Origin: Calcarisporiella thermophila CBS 279.70
Taxonomy: Eukaryota; Fungi; Calcarisporiellomycota
Direction: 5' to 3'
Assembly: GCF_041956535.1 (NCBI RefSeq)
Contig: NW_027192210.1
Span: 514,662-578,661 of the forward strand
DNA length: 64,000 nucleotides
The notes under the pieces were generated by a model. It did no database searches and was not told where the DNA came from. It worked only from the letters and a program-made list of their open reading frames with translations. The position numbers and the translations under genes were made by a program. Below are positions 1 through 16,995 of the stretch, in pieces; the stretch's first letter is position 1; each line of letters opens with the position of its first letter.

Positions 1-1836
1 GGCTATCTATGATCAAGAGTAACGGTTTTCTGGTAAAGGGTACCAGGTCCCCTGGGTAAAGGCCATGAATATGATTCGAAACAGTCGCATCCGACTTGTC
101 GGTTTGGCGACGCTGGTGGGTCGCTACACCACTAGTATATCCTGTGGTGTAGAAAAGCATTTGGTTTACCATTGGAATCCTCCCAGCCACAACACGTTTG
201 CCTTACCAGCCAAAGGAGCGACGCCATTATCTGCATTCTCGTTGTTCTGCATGTCAATCCCGTCGGCCGAAATGTAAACCAACAGTGCCGAGTTATCATT
301 AATTTCCTGTAGTTTGGGTTAGGTTAGTGCTCCCGGAATACTGCGAAGAGTAGTGAATACCTTGAATGCCGTAGCTATGTACACCATGAGCTGGCTAAAA
401 GTGGGGCGGTAAAGCAAGTATTTGTGAGGGTTTTGTCTGCGGACATTGGGCTTTTCCTTTGGTTTGCTCTCCTCCTCCTCCTCCTCCTCCTGTCCCTGGG
501 GCTTTTCCGAGCTCTCGTTGCCTCGCTGGTATTGGTGCCGCAGCGGAATGGTGGGTTCACGCTCTAGGCTTTGTAGAATGTAGTACATATCGAGGGTCAG
601 CTCGGAGAACTTGATTTGGTTCTGGTGGTTTCCCACGAGAATGGCTTCCTGCAAGTGTAATCTTGTGGCGTCATCCATCTCGACACTTGCGCATCGATCC
701 TGGGGTAGCCTGCGGGGGAAAGAGAGCTGATCTCCTTCGGGAGTGGTGGGAATAAGCTTCTTCTTGGCCTTTTCACGAAGCGGAGACAGGGTTCAATCAC
801 ATTATCCTTGAATGACTAGTAGCTATACTCTACCTCTACAAACATGTTAATCTCTTGAAGCACCATCTGCCACTCCACCGCGTCAGTGGGCTTGAACGTT
901 TTACTGTAGCTATCAATAATGGTGGAAAGTTCATCCACCAGTGTTCGTACCAGAGATCTCTTGTCAAGCAACAGGCACACTACAATAAACCGAGCATAAT
1001 AGCGCAGCTTTTTGATCATCAGGGCGGGGCTGCACATAGGTGAACACGATTAATAGTCAAGAAATAGAAGTGGTAGAAAAATGGTTACTGTGCTACTTTT
1101 TGGCCTCCAAAACATCCTTAAAATAGGCTCGGTCTCGGATTGCTTCATAGAAAATGAAGGATTCGTGTAAGTAATTCGTTTCGCTAGTTCGAAGACTGTA
1201 AAATAGAAGAGATTAGAAGAGAGATGGAGCAAAATAAGGTTGGTACACACTAGTAATGATAATAGAGCTGGCCGATTTTAGAAGCAATTTCCCCCAATTC
1301 CCATCTCTTCAGCCCATAATTCTCCTTATTCTCAAGGATTACCCTACAAAACACGTCAAATAAACTTAAAGACAAAACGTGTCGCGGAGATGGTCGCTGT
1401 GATATTACCTGTGCTGCTGCTGGAATTTCCACAGCTAAGTGATTCGCAGATGCAAATACAAGGAGGTCAATGCCTATGGAATAGCTATGAACGGATATAC
1501 AGAAAGATACCTTGGTATAAACCTCAAAGGTCCGCTGGAAATAGGGTTGCCACTGGCGAGTCCCGGTAGGCGGCAGATCTCTGCACGAGCAAAGTAAACG
1601 GTTTTTAATTTTCCAAGAGAGCAAGGGAAAGACAGCAAGTTATACCGAAGACCAGCGAAGAGCTGCTGGCTCTTCTCAAGAAGATACTGGAACTCCTCAA
1701 TGATTTTCTGGTTCTTCAGGACTTCTGCTGCACGGTCAACCTCCGTCTGATCCACCGCAGGAGCAGTTTCTTCCGCTATCGACTCTACTTGTGAATGAGC
1801 AGTGGTCGCGCTGTTGGTGGGAGGAATTTGTTCCAT
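1..1836 (-). CDS. SCAI: Protein SCAI homolog (multi-exon, 3' end runs off the window start)
   Basis: Spliced exons give KIIEEFQYLLEKSQQLFAGLR|DLPPTGTRQWQPYFQRTFEVYTK|LWKFQQQHR, KRWELGEIASKIGQLYYHY, KKLRYYARFIVVCLLL, NPHKYLLYRPT, all hallmark SCAI motifs. Confidence 0.9.
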
Positions 1837-2311
1837 TGTGTTCCGAGATATATGGATTAGCTAGCTGGTAATGGAATCAAGGGATATATAGAGAGAATAT
1901 GAAAAAAAAAGATGCTGAGCCACTCTCCAATAAAATTCAGTCAAGTCTATTCGGCTTTCTCTCGTTAAATATGACTGAATCCAACTAGTTTATTGCAAAC
2001 CGGGGCAAACAGAGCTCATTCACCAAGGGCGAAGGATGAGCTGGTAAACAACTCTAGGGATTCTAACACATTTGGCGCCTTTGATATTTGAAGCACAACA
2101 TATTACACCTGTACTTAGAGAGGGTTGCCTTTTACTGCTCGTTTCTTTAGCAGGAATATGAGAGTTTGTGACTGTTGGAAATTTCCTTTTTGAGAATAGA
2201 TAGAAGTATTGGCGTTTTGTTCGAGTTGATATAAATATAATTGAGGGTTTCCAACCTTTCTTCTCTCTCTTATATTATGCAATTTGTTTTTATATGATCT
2301 ATTGTTCAAAT

Positions 2312-2764
2312 ATGCTACGTACTCTTCCTTCACAACTTCGCCATCCTATCCGGCAAGTGTTGAGCCCTATAGCGCTTCGCTATTCTACAGGGTCTCACAT
2401 GAGCGATAATGATCCTCACGTACTCGAGAGAGAAAAGCAGAAGGTGCTGAAGGGTAAGTACATGCCTATCCGATACACATCCCGGTTCAACGCCTCATAT
2501 GATGCTGACCTAATCGTTATAGGAAAGCACTCTGGTTGGAACGAGCTGCTGGCATCGCATAGCGAGGCAAATGTAAAGGCGGAGCGGGAACCAGATATGG
2601 ACGTGAAAGATATGCAAAAGCACAGCATAGATAAGCTAAAACAACACGAGAATTCAAACGCTGAATTTGAAATGCATACCATGTCGCGCGAGCAGCGGCT
2701 AGAGCAAGGGGATACGAGAAGAATTATTAGGGAAGAGACAGGCACTGTGAAGAGGTCAATTTAG
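2312..2764 (+). CDS. Small conserved fungal protein with probable mitochondrial presequence
   Basis: MLRTLPSQLRHPIRQVLSPIALRYST is Arg/Ser-rich and acid-free; conserved-looking HMSDNDPHVLEREK and GWNELLASHSEANVKAER; probable 69-nt intron 2454-2522. Confidence 0.7.
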   Translation: MLRTLPSQLRHPIRQVLSPIALRYSTGSHMSDNDPHVLEREKQKVLKGKYMPIRYTSRFNASYDADLIVIGKHSGWNELLASHSEANVKAEREPDMDVKDMQKHSIDKLKQHENSNAEFEMHTMSREQRLEQGDTRRIIREETGTVKRSI

Positions 2765-2932
2765 AGCCAACAAACGGTTTCCTATTGGCGCTGTCATCTT
2801 CATCCCACTTGTTTTCAATATAATAAAAGTGAAATACGCTCCAAATACGTGTGGAAAGAAATTCACTATTTATTTGCAGACACAAAAAAATCATTTTAAA
2901 AGGTTGGATGCAAAAATAAAAAGAATACACCA

Positions 2933-3718
2933 CTAAAACACAGTTCTTCGGTCCGTGAAGACTCGCACTATGCAGCCGTTGCCTGCGACCTCGGTGAGCT
3001 GCTCGTTGACAATTCATGTTAATTTTCATGTTAAAATTCATATGAACTCCCATCAGATAATCATGAATTACCTTCTCATGCCATGTCAGCAAAAGGGCCG
3101 AGTTAAAATGTTCAGGTGCAGCCATCCCGGCGTACAAATATTTCATCAGCAAATCTTGCTGCTCTCTTGATAGTTGCTTTACCGCAGTGGAGGCATCAGC
3201 TGGGGGAAATTGTGAAAGGGTTTCATAAACAGTTTGAACAGCCCGGAGCTGATGAAACAGAAAAATATCAAAAAAGAAAGGGGAGAATGATAAGTCCAAT
3301 TGCATATAAAAAATGCCGTGCAATATATAACATACCTTGATGGATTTGTCGCAAGGACCATAGGGCGGATTTTGGAGTGCTTTTATCAAAGCGTCCGAAT
3401 GATTACCCCTGAAAAGATAGCCCCATTAATAAAAATAAAGGGAGATTAGGGAGAAAATTAAAAAAAAGTAAGATTGAGCATTCTAACAAGTGTCGGATGT
3501 TTTATGGTTTTACTTTTCTTTCCATAAAAGAATTGAGAACAAGAGGATTTACTAACTAACCTTGATAGCAAAGCCCTCACCTCTTGCTCGGTTGTCCTCA
3601 CACTAGCATCAATCTCAGCAGGCGAGCGAGGCGTATCCCCAGTGGCAAAATAATAGAGATCTTCTTCGTTGAGTCTATCCTCATCAAAAGCATCAATATC
3701 GATTTTTCGGTGTGCCAT
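2933..3718 (-). CDS. ARPC5: Arp2/3 complex subunit 5 (p16-Arc/Arc15)
   Basis: MAHRKIDIDAFDED, ALQNPPYG, QQDLLMKYLYAGM, LLLTWHEKLTEVAGNGCIVRVFTDRRTV across four exons. Confidence 0.93.
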
Positions 3719-3740
3719 GGTGGTTTATGATGAATTTTAA

Positions 3741-3852
3741 TCGCGTTCAATTCACAAAACTTGGCCCCACAAGAGAGTTATTCGAAATGAGACTGCGCCA
3801 CCATGGCTTCAGTCATTTACGCGAATAAAAAAAATTGGAAATCGCGTCGCGT
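3741..3852. promoter_or_regulatory. Cluster of four ACGCGA/TCGCGT (MCB/SCB-like) elements in the ARPC5/SMC3 bidirectional promoter
   Basis: TCGCGT 3741-3746, ACGCGA 3819-3824, TCGCGTCGCGT 3842-3852 in an AT-rich 198-bp gap. Confidence 0.55.
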
Positions 3853-3916
3853 ATTTTTTTCTTTGACTATGCCAGTTAAAAGATCGAATCTTGAATAGAA
3901 TTCCTTTTATGAAGCA

Positions 3917-9124
<5,208 letters not shown>

Positions 9125-9278
9125 GAATGCTTGTATTTGTATTGTTTACTCTATGTTATACTTTATATATTCGTAGCACCCATGCTTTCAATGTAGCATT
9201 CTTTGTTTATTAAAGAGAGGGAATGAAAAAAATTGCCAGGGCTATATACATAAGTCGCAATCATGTCGTTTTGCTGCT

Positions 9279-11058
9279 CTAGAGGGCTAAATCCCTTAGA
9301 AATTGGCGCATCTCCTGAAGTTCTTCAATTCCAGACTCATCAAGCACGTGTTGATATTTGGCGAGTGTCTCTTCAACTTCTGCTAGCGCTTCCGAGTGCT
9401 GTCCACTGAAAGGAATCAAGAGGGGGTCGTAAATAGATTGGATAATGAGCAGAAAAAGCAAAATAAAATCACCTATTAAAGAGCAACGAGCATAGCTTGA
9501 TCTTTTCGTTCGCAAGCTCCACTCCTTCTCCATATACCCTCTGCACAATCTCTAAGGATTTCCTGCATTTTTCCACTGCTTGGGTATATTGCCCCATATA
9601 TGCTAGCACTTGTGCCATTCTGTCATAAGTCATACCGATTAGCCGGCACTGCGGGTGGTATACACGCAATTGAACCTCAAGAAGTTTATTCAATTTTGAC
9701 ATGGCAGGATCAAAGGAAATATCCTGGATCAGTGATTGAATTTGGTGCATAAGAGCCTGTCTTTGAACAAGATTTACGGGCGTGGCACAACGGGAGCAGA
9801 GGGCATCCTGTTCTGACAGAAAATTGGAACATGCGGAATCGGAGCAACGGTATACGTATTCTAATGGATTTTGCTCACTATTTGTCGTTAGGAGAGCTTA
9901 GTAAGATTCAGATAAGCACATGAAAAGTACCTGTTTTGGCAAGATTCGCACTCGCAATCGAAGAAATAGTTCTCTCTTAATATTCTTTTACGCTGTTCGG
10001 TGCGCTGTTTTCCTACTAGTGGCCCATAACTGATACACACCGGCTCACCCTCTTTAACTTCCCGTGCCACTATCACTTTCAACACGAGAGAGTTCTCCAC
10101 ATGCTCAAACTTGACTATGGAATTTGGACTACAATCATGGTTTATCCGACTCGCTACCAGATAAAGCCCCAGCCCGATCGAGGTAGAAGTGAATTCGACG
10201 GTGTTTCCTTCTCGAACCACGGTAGATTCAGATTTATCCCCTTGGATTTTGAAGGCATTGCATCTGACTTTGGCAAGCATGTGCATGAGCTCCAGAAGAG
10301 CCTCGTCGGGAAGTCCAAAGGTGATTGCGAGGATAGAAGCAGTTATTGCATATTGGGAAACTAGGGCAGGAGGCTGCGCATCCAAGTGGTGGACAAGTGT
10401 GTTAAACCCGTATTTATCTGCAACAAAAATGTTAGCATAAGTTTGGTTACTTTCAAGAAAGGGCGACCAGCTGTTATATATTGGGTCATTTACCATTCAA
10501 ATAATCAGGAGCACCATGCTTCTGCATAAAGTATGCCTTTACAGCCATTTCGGTAATCTCTCCAAATTTCGCTGATAAACCTTTAAGTCCGCATACAAAT
10601 CTGTGTCCTCCACGGTCATTGTCGAAACACTCTTTTCCACAAAACCATACTTCATTGCATTCTGCACATTTGATTCGTTTGACATCCTTATCGCCCAGCA
10701 CAGCAAGACACGCTTCGCACCGCGCATTTTTCAATTCTAATTTTAACGCATGCGTAAAAGGTAATTCTTCGAGCACAACTGCACCAGCAGAAAGACTCCG
10801 GGTAGCAACAAGATAATTCCCTGCCTTTGAGGAAGACGTGAGAGTCATATCTCGGGGAGGTGTAAAGATGTCATTTGGTCGAGTTAGAGGTTGAGAGATA
10901 CGACGACGCGCTGGAGCATTTGACCATTCAGAGAGAAAGGATCGCAATGAAGGAGATTTCTGTACATAGGCACGTACACGTGCTCGTTCCTGTGCAGATT
11001 CAGCGAAGTTTGGATTAATTCTGAGAGAGTCAAACCATTCTGTACGCAACAGAGACAT
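9279..11058 (-). CDS. SET and MYND domain lysine methyltransferase (SMYD family)
   Basis: GNYLVATR, MYND CEAC...CAECNEVWFCGKEC...HRFVC, SET ASRINHDCSPN, ISYG, post-SET YFFDCECESC, C-terminal TPR-like helices. Confidence 0.9.
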
Positions 11059-11197
11059 TTATTGTTATATTTTGTGGTCTTCCTTTGGACCTGAGTGTCC
11101 TGCCGTAATTATAAATGGTGGCGCAGCCAAAATATTAGCAGGTTCTAATTTAATGATAGACTAGCATAGGCAGTTTCAATAGGCAGGACTAATCATC

Positions 11198-12330
11198 ATG
11201 GTGCTCTATTTCACAAGCAATGGTATGCATAGCGCTCTGAAATACTTTTATTCAGTTGATTAATAGTAACTGTTGTTTCTTCTTTAGTTGTCGATCCTCC
11301 GGCAACGATCTATATGGGAAAAGACAAATATGAGAGTAAGTGGAAATTTCTAGACTATGATTTTTTTTCATAAAAGTTAACTCATGTACATTAGATGAAG
11401 AATTGATTAAATATGGATTTGACGAAGACGTATGGTAAGACCAACTTTTTTGGCTTTTCCTTACATTAAGAAATTTAACCCAGACGCGTGCTTTTGCTTT
11501 GTTTTGTGCCTCTATGCATTTTAAATTGCAACTTAGGGTAAGTCAGAACCTTCCATTCTAACTGACTATTTTCGAATTTATAACTGTTCAAAATACGACT
11601 AGTTTCACGTAGACAAACTGTCGAGTGCACACGTATATCTTCGTCTTCGTGAGGGTGAATCATGGGAGGATATTCCAAAAGCAGTACTCAATGATCTCGC
11701 ACAGCTGGTGAAAGCCAACAGTATTGAGGGTGAGCTATTTCGCCCCCTTATTAGATTTTCCGTCAGAGTATTGATATATAATCGCAATGCTCAGGGAATA
11801 AAAAGAATAACATCACTGTGATATACACTCCTTGGAGCAATTTGAAGAAGACCGGAGACATGGATGTTGGCCAAGTGTCTTTCCATAACCCTAAGCTTGT
11901 GAGTACATATTCTTATTTCTTTGCTATTTTTCCCTCATGTAACCGAATCTGGCTTTTGAAAGGTGAAACGGGTATTTATCGAGAAGCGTGTCAACGAAAT
12001 CGTGAACAGGCTCAATAAAACTAAACAGGAGAGATACCCTGACTTGTATGCAGAACGCCTGGAGCGAGATAAACTAAAGAGAAGAGACGCGCGGATTGCA
12101 CTGAACAAGCAGGTGTGTAAACTTTGATAATTGGGTTCACACTTTCAAGGTCACCTTGCTCATGATTTATCACTTCAAAACAGCGCCAAGAAGAGCTTGC
12201 GGTCAAAAGAGAACGGGATGCAGCCAAGGCCAATTCACTTGAAAACCTGTTCGATATTACCAATATGAAGACTAACCGGCGCGTAGACGATGATGACGGG
12301 GACGTCGTCGATGAAGATGACTTCATGTGA
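11198..12330 (+). CDS. CCDC25: CCDC25/Jlp2 NFACT-R domain protein
   Basis: Spliced MVLYFTSN|[16 protein letters not shown]|[14 protein letters not shown]|[15 protein letters not shown]...[11 protein letters not shown]|[30 protein letters not shown]; ends EDDFM*. Confidence 0.92.
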
Positions 12331-13079
12331 TTCAAAAGCCATGCAGAGGAATTGGCAATCTACATAAGCCGACAAGGCTTCATTTTTTGTGTATATTTGG
12401 GGATAATAGAATTGAGAGTTGAGAATTGGCGAGGATAAATAAGGATGCATCTTGGTTACTATTTTGGCCCATTGTTCGAATCCGAGAGCTTTCTTTTTAG
12501 TGTATTCTAAACTGAGAATTTCACCTTCGCATCAGTATTTTTCTCGTGCTAACGCGAGGATCCTTGATGCAGACTGCATTCCAGTGACCGCTGTCAAAAA
12601 TTTAATTAGACGATGGAAAAATTCGCTCTCAGAGCGGGCATTTTTGGAAAAGATCCCCCAGAAATTGGTACTAGATTACGGAAAATTGAGACTAAGTCGC
12701 GCTGCTATGCGCACGGTTGTTGTCAAGTCCCATTATATAAGGTTTTGCCCGACTCTACGTTCCTGCAATAACGAAATCTCTTTTGAAAAGCTTCCCTCTC
12801 TTTATTGAGTGCCCCTTCTATAAAACCGATCTCTACATCCTTTTATCATCTCGAAGTCCTTTCTTCCTGGGAAGAGAAGAAGAATACCCCCATTATTCCT
12901 CCTTCATTACCTATCTCTACTGTAAGAACCACCCTCATTGCTCGTCTTTAAAGCTAAATATCTTCAGGAGCTGAGCTCTTGTCTTTATATTCTACAATAC
13001 TATACAATTTCCTCTATATCCTTATACGTTCTTTTGCTATATTTCCTATCTTTACAAAAGTTTTTGTTTGATTGATATC

Positions 13080-14015
13080 ATGAAGACGCCAGTCCTCCTA
13101 ACGCTCAGCCTGTTGGGTACGACGACGCTAGTTCTCGCTGCACCCAGCAAGCGTGGTCTCCTCGACAATACCCTCAACAACCCTCAGATCATTGATCACA
13201 TCAGCGCGTTGAATTCGATGGTCAACTCCAATCCGCAGACGAGCGAGAATACAAATGCAAACACTAAGGCCTCCGGCCCGGGCGACAACTCGAATCTCCA
13301 TAAACAGGGCCCGGAGGGCGCGTATATTAGTGGATATCACCACCATCATCACCACCACTACGCAAAGAGAGAAGCCATTCCCGAAAACGACGCGAAAATT
13401 CAGAAAGATGCCAAGGTGAAAAGGGGAAATAATGCCAAAGCCAAAAAAACGGGCCGGCACTCCAATAAGAAAAAGCACAAGGATGATGGCAATCGAGAGC
13501 TAATCGCGTCGCGCATGCGTATGGTGCACGAAATGATGAAGCAAGACGTGCACGAGCACGGCTCGGCGACCATCGGAAAGCGTGGCGTTCTCGACAACAC
13601 CCTAAATAACCTTAATGTGCTTGACCATATCTCTGCGCTTGACTCGACGGTCAATTCGAACCCGCAAAACGGCGAGAACAGAAGTGCCAACACCAAGGCA
13701 AACGGTCCTGGCGACAATTCTGTCTTGTCGAAGCAAGGTGGCGAGGGTATCTATGGCTATCACCGTCATCACCACCATCACCACCATTATCCGTACCATT
13801 CTCACAATTGGAAGCGAGCGACAGATGCGGACAAGCTCAAGTATGGAAATTTCTATGGTAAGGACTATGACACAGCAATGGCAGCCATTAAAGCACAGAT
13901 GCGCAAATCAAAGGGGCCATACACGGAATTTGAAGACGAGCTAATGCGGCGCAATGAAATCGATAGCCATGCTAACTATGAGGACACCCTCACCAACAAT
14001 TCAGCAGCCCTTTAA
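13080..14015 (+). CDS. Secreted Kex2-processed repeat precursor with two Asn-rich modules, each ending in a poly-His/Tyr tail
   Basis: Intronless; signal peptide MKTPVLLTLSLLGTTTLVLA; five KR sites; modules at 13155-13370 and 13584-13817 homologous to each other and to 36174-37148. Confidence 0.85.
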   Translation: MKTPVLLTLSLLGTTTLVLAAPSKRGLLDNTLNNPQIIDHISALNSMVNSNPQTSENTNANTKASGPGDNSNLHKQGPEGAYISGYHHHHHHHYAKREAIPENDAKIQKDAKVKRGNNAKAKKTGRHSNKKKHKDDGNRELIASRMRMVHEMMKQDVHEHGSATIGKRGVLDNTLNNLNVLDHISALDSTVNSNPQNGENRSANTKANGPGDNSVLSKQGGEGIYGYHRHHHHHHHYPYHSHNWKRATDADKLKYGNFYGKDYDTAMAAIKAQMRKSKGPYTEFEDELMRRNEIDSHANYEDTLTNNSAAL

Positions 14016-14504
14016 AAGAGCAGATATGCAGAGTCAAACGCCATATCGAAATGTCATAGCCTAATCTCAAAACTTGAAGAGCAGAGGCAGACGAAGTTTT
14101 AAACTCATTGTATTGCACTTATTTTATTATTTTGCCTTCTTGCTCTAATGTTTTTTTGTATCCTCTACTCTCCTTTGCCTTCATTTACTATTACTATGTT
14201 AGTACTTTATTTATGAGTTGCGAGGGATAAAAATAAATATACTCTATTCATATTGAATAAATTCACCCGCACTGAGACCAGCATCCACTAGCTGCTTAGG
14301 GGTTAGGAACGCACTCAAGGACTTTCTTTCAGAGCATAATTCTACACTGGAATGTTTTGAGACGGCTCATCTTCGACCGATCCATTATCCATACAAAATC
14401 CTCAATATTTCTAAATACGTATTCTCTTGCACTGGCCCTACATTTCTCCGGTTTTCGCTTCCATGCATTTGGAAATATGGATTCGATCTTGAAAGGAATG
14501 ACAA

Positions 14505-14530
14505 AACAAAGAAAGTGGCCAAACAAAGAG
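14505..14530. promoter_or_regulatory. Tandem HMG-box TR-box-like sites
   Basis: AACAAAGAAA (reverse complement of TTTCTTTGTT) 14505-14514 and AAACAAAGAG 14521-14530, about 1.05 kb upstream of the HMG gene. Confidence 0.4.
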
Positions 14531-15341
14531 GCGATAATTAATTCCTCTTCGTATCCAGAGCGTAATGGAGTGAGTATTAGGTTCCTTCGGAGTACAAGAC
14601 AAGCTTTTTTGCAGTCGTAATTATTTATATGTAAAAAAGGAATGTACAAGCTTCTAATATAGCGGTAAGTTGATGATTCTAAAGGTAAAATAAATAACTA
14701 AACGTATTATAGGTCATTCAAACTTCGTGTACAAGGAAACTGTTTATTACGTCTGTGGCGATATTGGTGAATGAATATCCAAACTTACGTCTTTCTTTCT
14801 ATTATCTCTACAACTTGTGGTATGCTGTTTATAGATTATTTATTATACGGAGTTGCCTCTGATTATTTTTGCTTTTTAACACTTATTCCTGTATTAATAG
14901 AGGAGCAAGTATGGAGCCGTTCGCCCAGCTGCTAAGATATCTCTATAACGTGGTTAACAGATTATAGCTTGTATGAAATATCTTCATCCTCTAATGTATA
15001 TGTGAAAGAATCTGTTAGTCACCGCGATTTGGATTACATGAGCTAGTTGGATTTGTTCATATCACTGTGCCTCAACTGGATCTTTGCTTGTTCGTTTCAT
15101 ATAACAATTTATCGCTCCTCGGAATGCAAATAAAGTATAGTGTCATACAAAACTTACCTCCATACCAATATGGCCTTCAAAAGATATCGTGGACAATATA
15201 AACTCTCCACTCTTATGGAACGCTATTAAACCAACCCCAAAAATCCAACCAAAGGGAACTTTCAGATCACGGCCCTGGCACAAAAATATGAACACAAAAA
15301 CTAGCTCTGCAATGACTCGGAGCTCTATATATCATTACACC

Positions 15342-15362
15342 CCAATTGTTTTAAACAATGAA
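15342..15362. promoter_or_regulatory. Inverted pair of HMG-box (ATTGTT/AACAAT) sites upstream of the HMG gene
   Basis: CCAATTGTTT-T-AAACAATGAA: both halves fit YYNATTGTTY; just after TATA-like CTATATAT at 15325-15332. Confidence 0.5.
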
Positions 15363-15576
15363 AATTTAATTCAATTCTATGAATATATTTCTATATATTA
15401 TGCCCAATCTCCGGGAGTAAAGCAAACCACTGTGTCCTATTTTTATTTCATATTCAAGATATCGCATTACCTCTCCATTTTCATTATATTCTTATCACTA
15501 TAGCATTTTACGGCATCCGCACACAAGACAACCACAAACAGCAATCCATCGCAACTTTTTCATTTCTTTTTTGCAC

Positions 15577-16876
15577 ATGGCATCCAAACTATCCCAGTCA
15601 AGCAACCAAAATTCGTCTCAGGCGAAGCCCACGGCCGACGAGCAATATGGAACTCACATTCGGCCCACCATGTCCACTCTTAGAAAATGGAGAAAGAAGA
15701 CGCCAAGGCCAATAAAGTGCGTAGAGATTGTCTTTTTCATATTTTCATAGATGCAGAAAATAACAGGGTATTGCTCTACCTATTATTCAACATAGCTGTT
15801 TTATGGCTTACCGCATGGACAAGCACCACGAAATTCTGGCCAAATATCCAGGGATGAACAACAAAGAGATCAGCCGACTAGTTGGTGAAATGTGGCGCGT
15901 GGAACCCGAAGAAGTGAAGACGGAATACCGCAGGCGTGCAGAAGAGTCGAAAAGATTGCACAAACTGAATTTTCCCGAGTATCAGTACCGACCAAAGAAG
16001 AAATCGGATGTTCAACGGACTGCACTGAATTCTCGAGAAATTTCGAACAGGACTTTGGAACAACCGGAGTCTTACACCGAAAGCAAAAGGGTGCTTCATG
16101 GGGGAATAGGAAAGAGAAAAATAGAAAGAACTTTACTATGGAGGAAGACCCATGAACAGTGGGTATCAAAAAGAGTCACGGGTATTGAGGAGCCTGAGGT
16201 GGGCTTGAAACTGCCGATAGCGATGCGTATGAGAGGATCGAGCTCGGGAGCTGAATGGGGAAGATTGCACAATTCCACAGTCTCAACCACGAAAAGTGGC
16301 CTGTCTACAGGGGATGTTCAAACTGATATCTCTAACCTCTCACTCAGGCCTTCATATCAACTCTGTGGTGGTGCAAACGGAATCACAAGCTGTGGCAGCG
16401 ATTATATAGGCATGATACCGCTGCCAATTCAAATTACGCATTCGTTACCAGAGTTTTTCTATAGTTCGAATAGCTATAATGAAATGGAATCGAGGTTATC
16501 TCACATTGTCGACAAGCATAGAAATCTTCCCCACTGGCTGTCCGAGTTACAGAGAGGAGTATCGCATTCTGAACCACCGCCTACGCTACTAGATTTTGAG
16601 CATCAACCCACAGCCACGACTTGGACCCGAGCTAGTACAACCTTTAACACTGCACATGGGTTGTATAATTGGGATATATCCTTTCCACCTTTTAACGAAG
16701 AATTCCTGCTCGATTCGAGTCCAATGTGCCATCATTCTTACACCTCTTTTATAGAGAACTTTTCTTCGGAATTATCTGGAGAGTATAAGGAGGCCCTTCT
16801 AGAGACTGAATTTTTCTCACCTGAAGAGTATCAACAAAAGCAATTCGAGTTGAGCTTTGAAGGAACACTGGGTTGA
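15577..16876 (+). CDS. MATA-class HMG-box transcription factor (SexM/SexP/MAT1-2/Rox1-like)
   Basis: Exon 1 15577-15716, intron 15717-15795, giving RKKTPRPIN|CFMAYRMDKHHEILAKYPGMNNKEISRLVGEMWRVEPEEVKTEYRRRAEESKRLHKLNFPEYQYRPKKK; acidic/aromatic C-terminal tail. Confidence 0.9.
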
Positions 16877-16995
16877 TATACATTTTGGTTGCTTATTTAA
16901 ACTTGAGGGATGAGAGCATTTAGAAACCCATATTTTTGCATTTTCTCTTTCAATTCTTCTATGCTTCACTTTCTGTGCATTATAATAATATTATA

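Noticed and set aside
468-491. (CTC)n microsatellite
   Set aside because: Simply encodes a poly-Glu stretch in SCAI.
14294-14306. Telomere-like TTAGG words (also near 316 and 62166)
   Set aside because: Only one or two units; expected by chance.
14357-15503. Short ORFs and splice-like signals upstream of the HMG gene
   Set aside because: Could not assemble a consistent open spliced frame or recognise homology; a lncRNA cannot be excluded.
15577-16876. Naming the HMG gene sexM or sexP
   Set aside because: Canonical flanking tptA and rnhA genes are absent and allele identity cannot be assigned without phylogeny.
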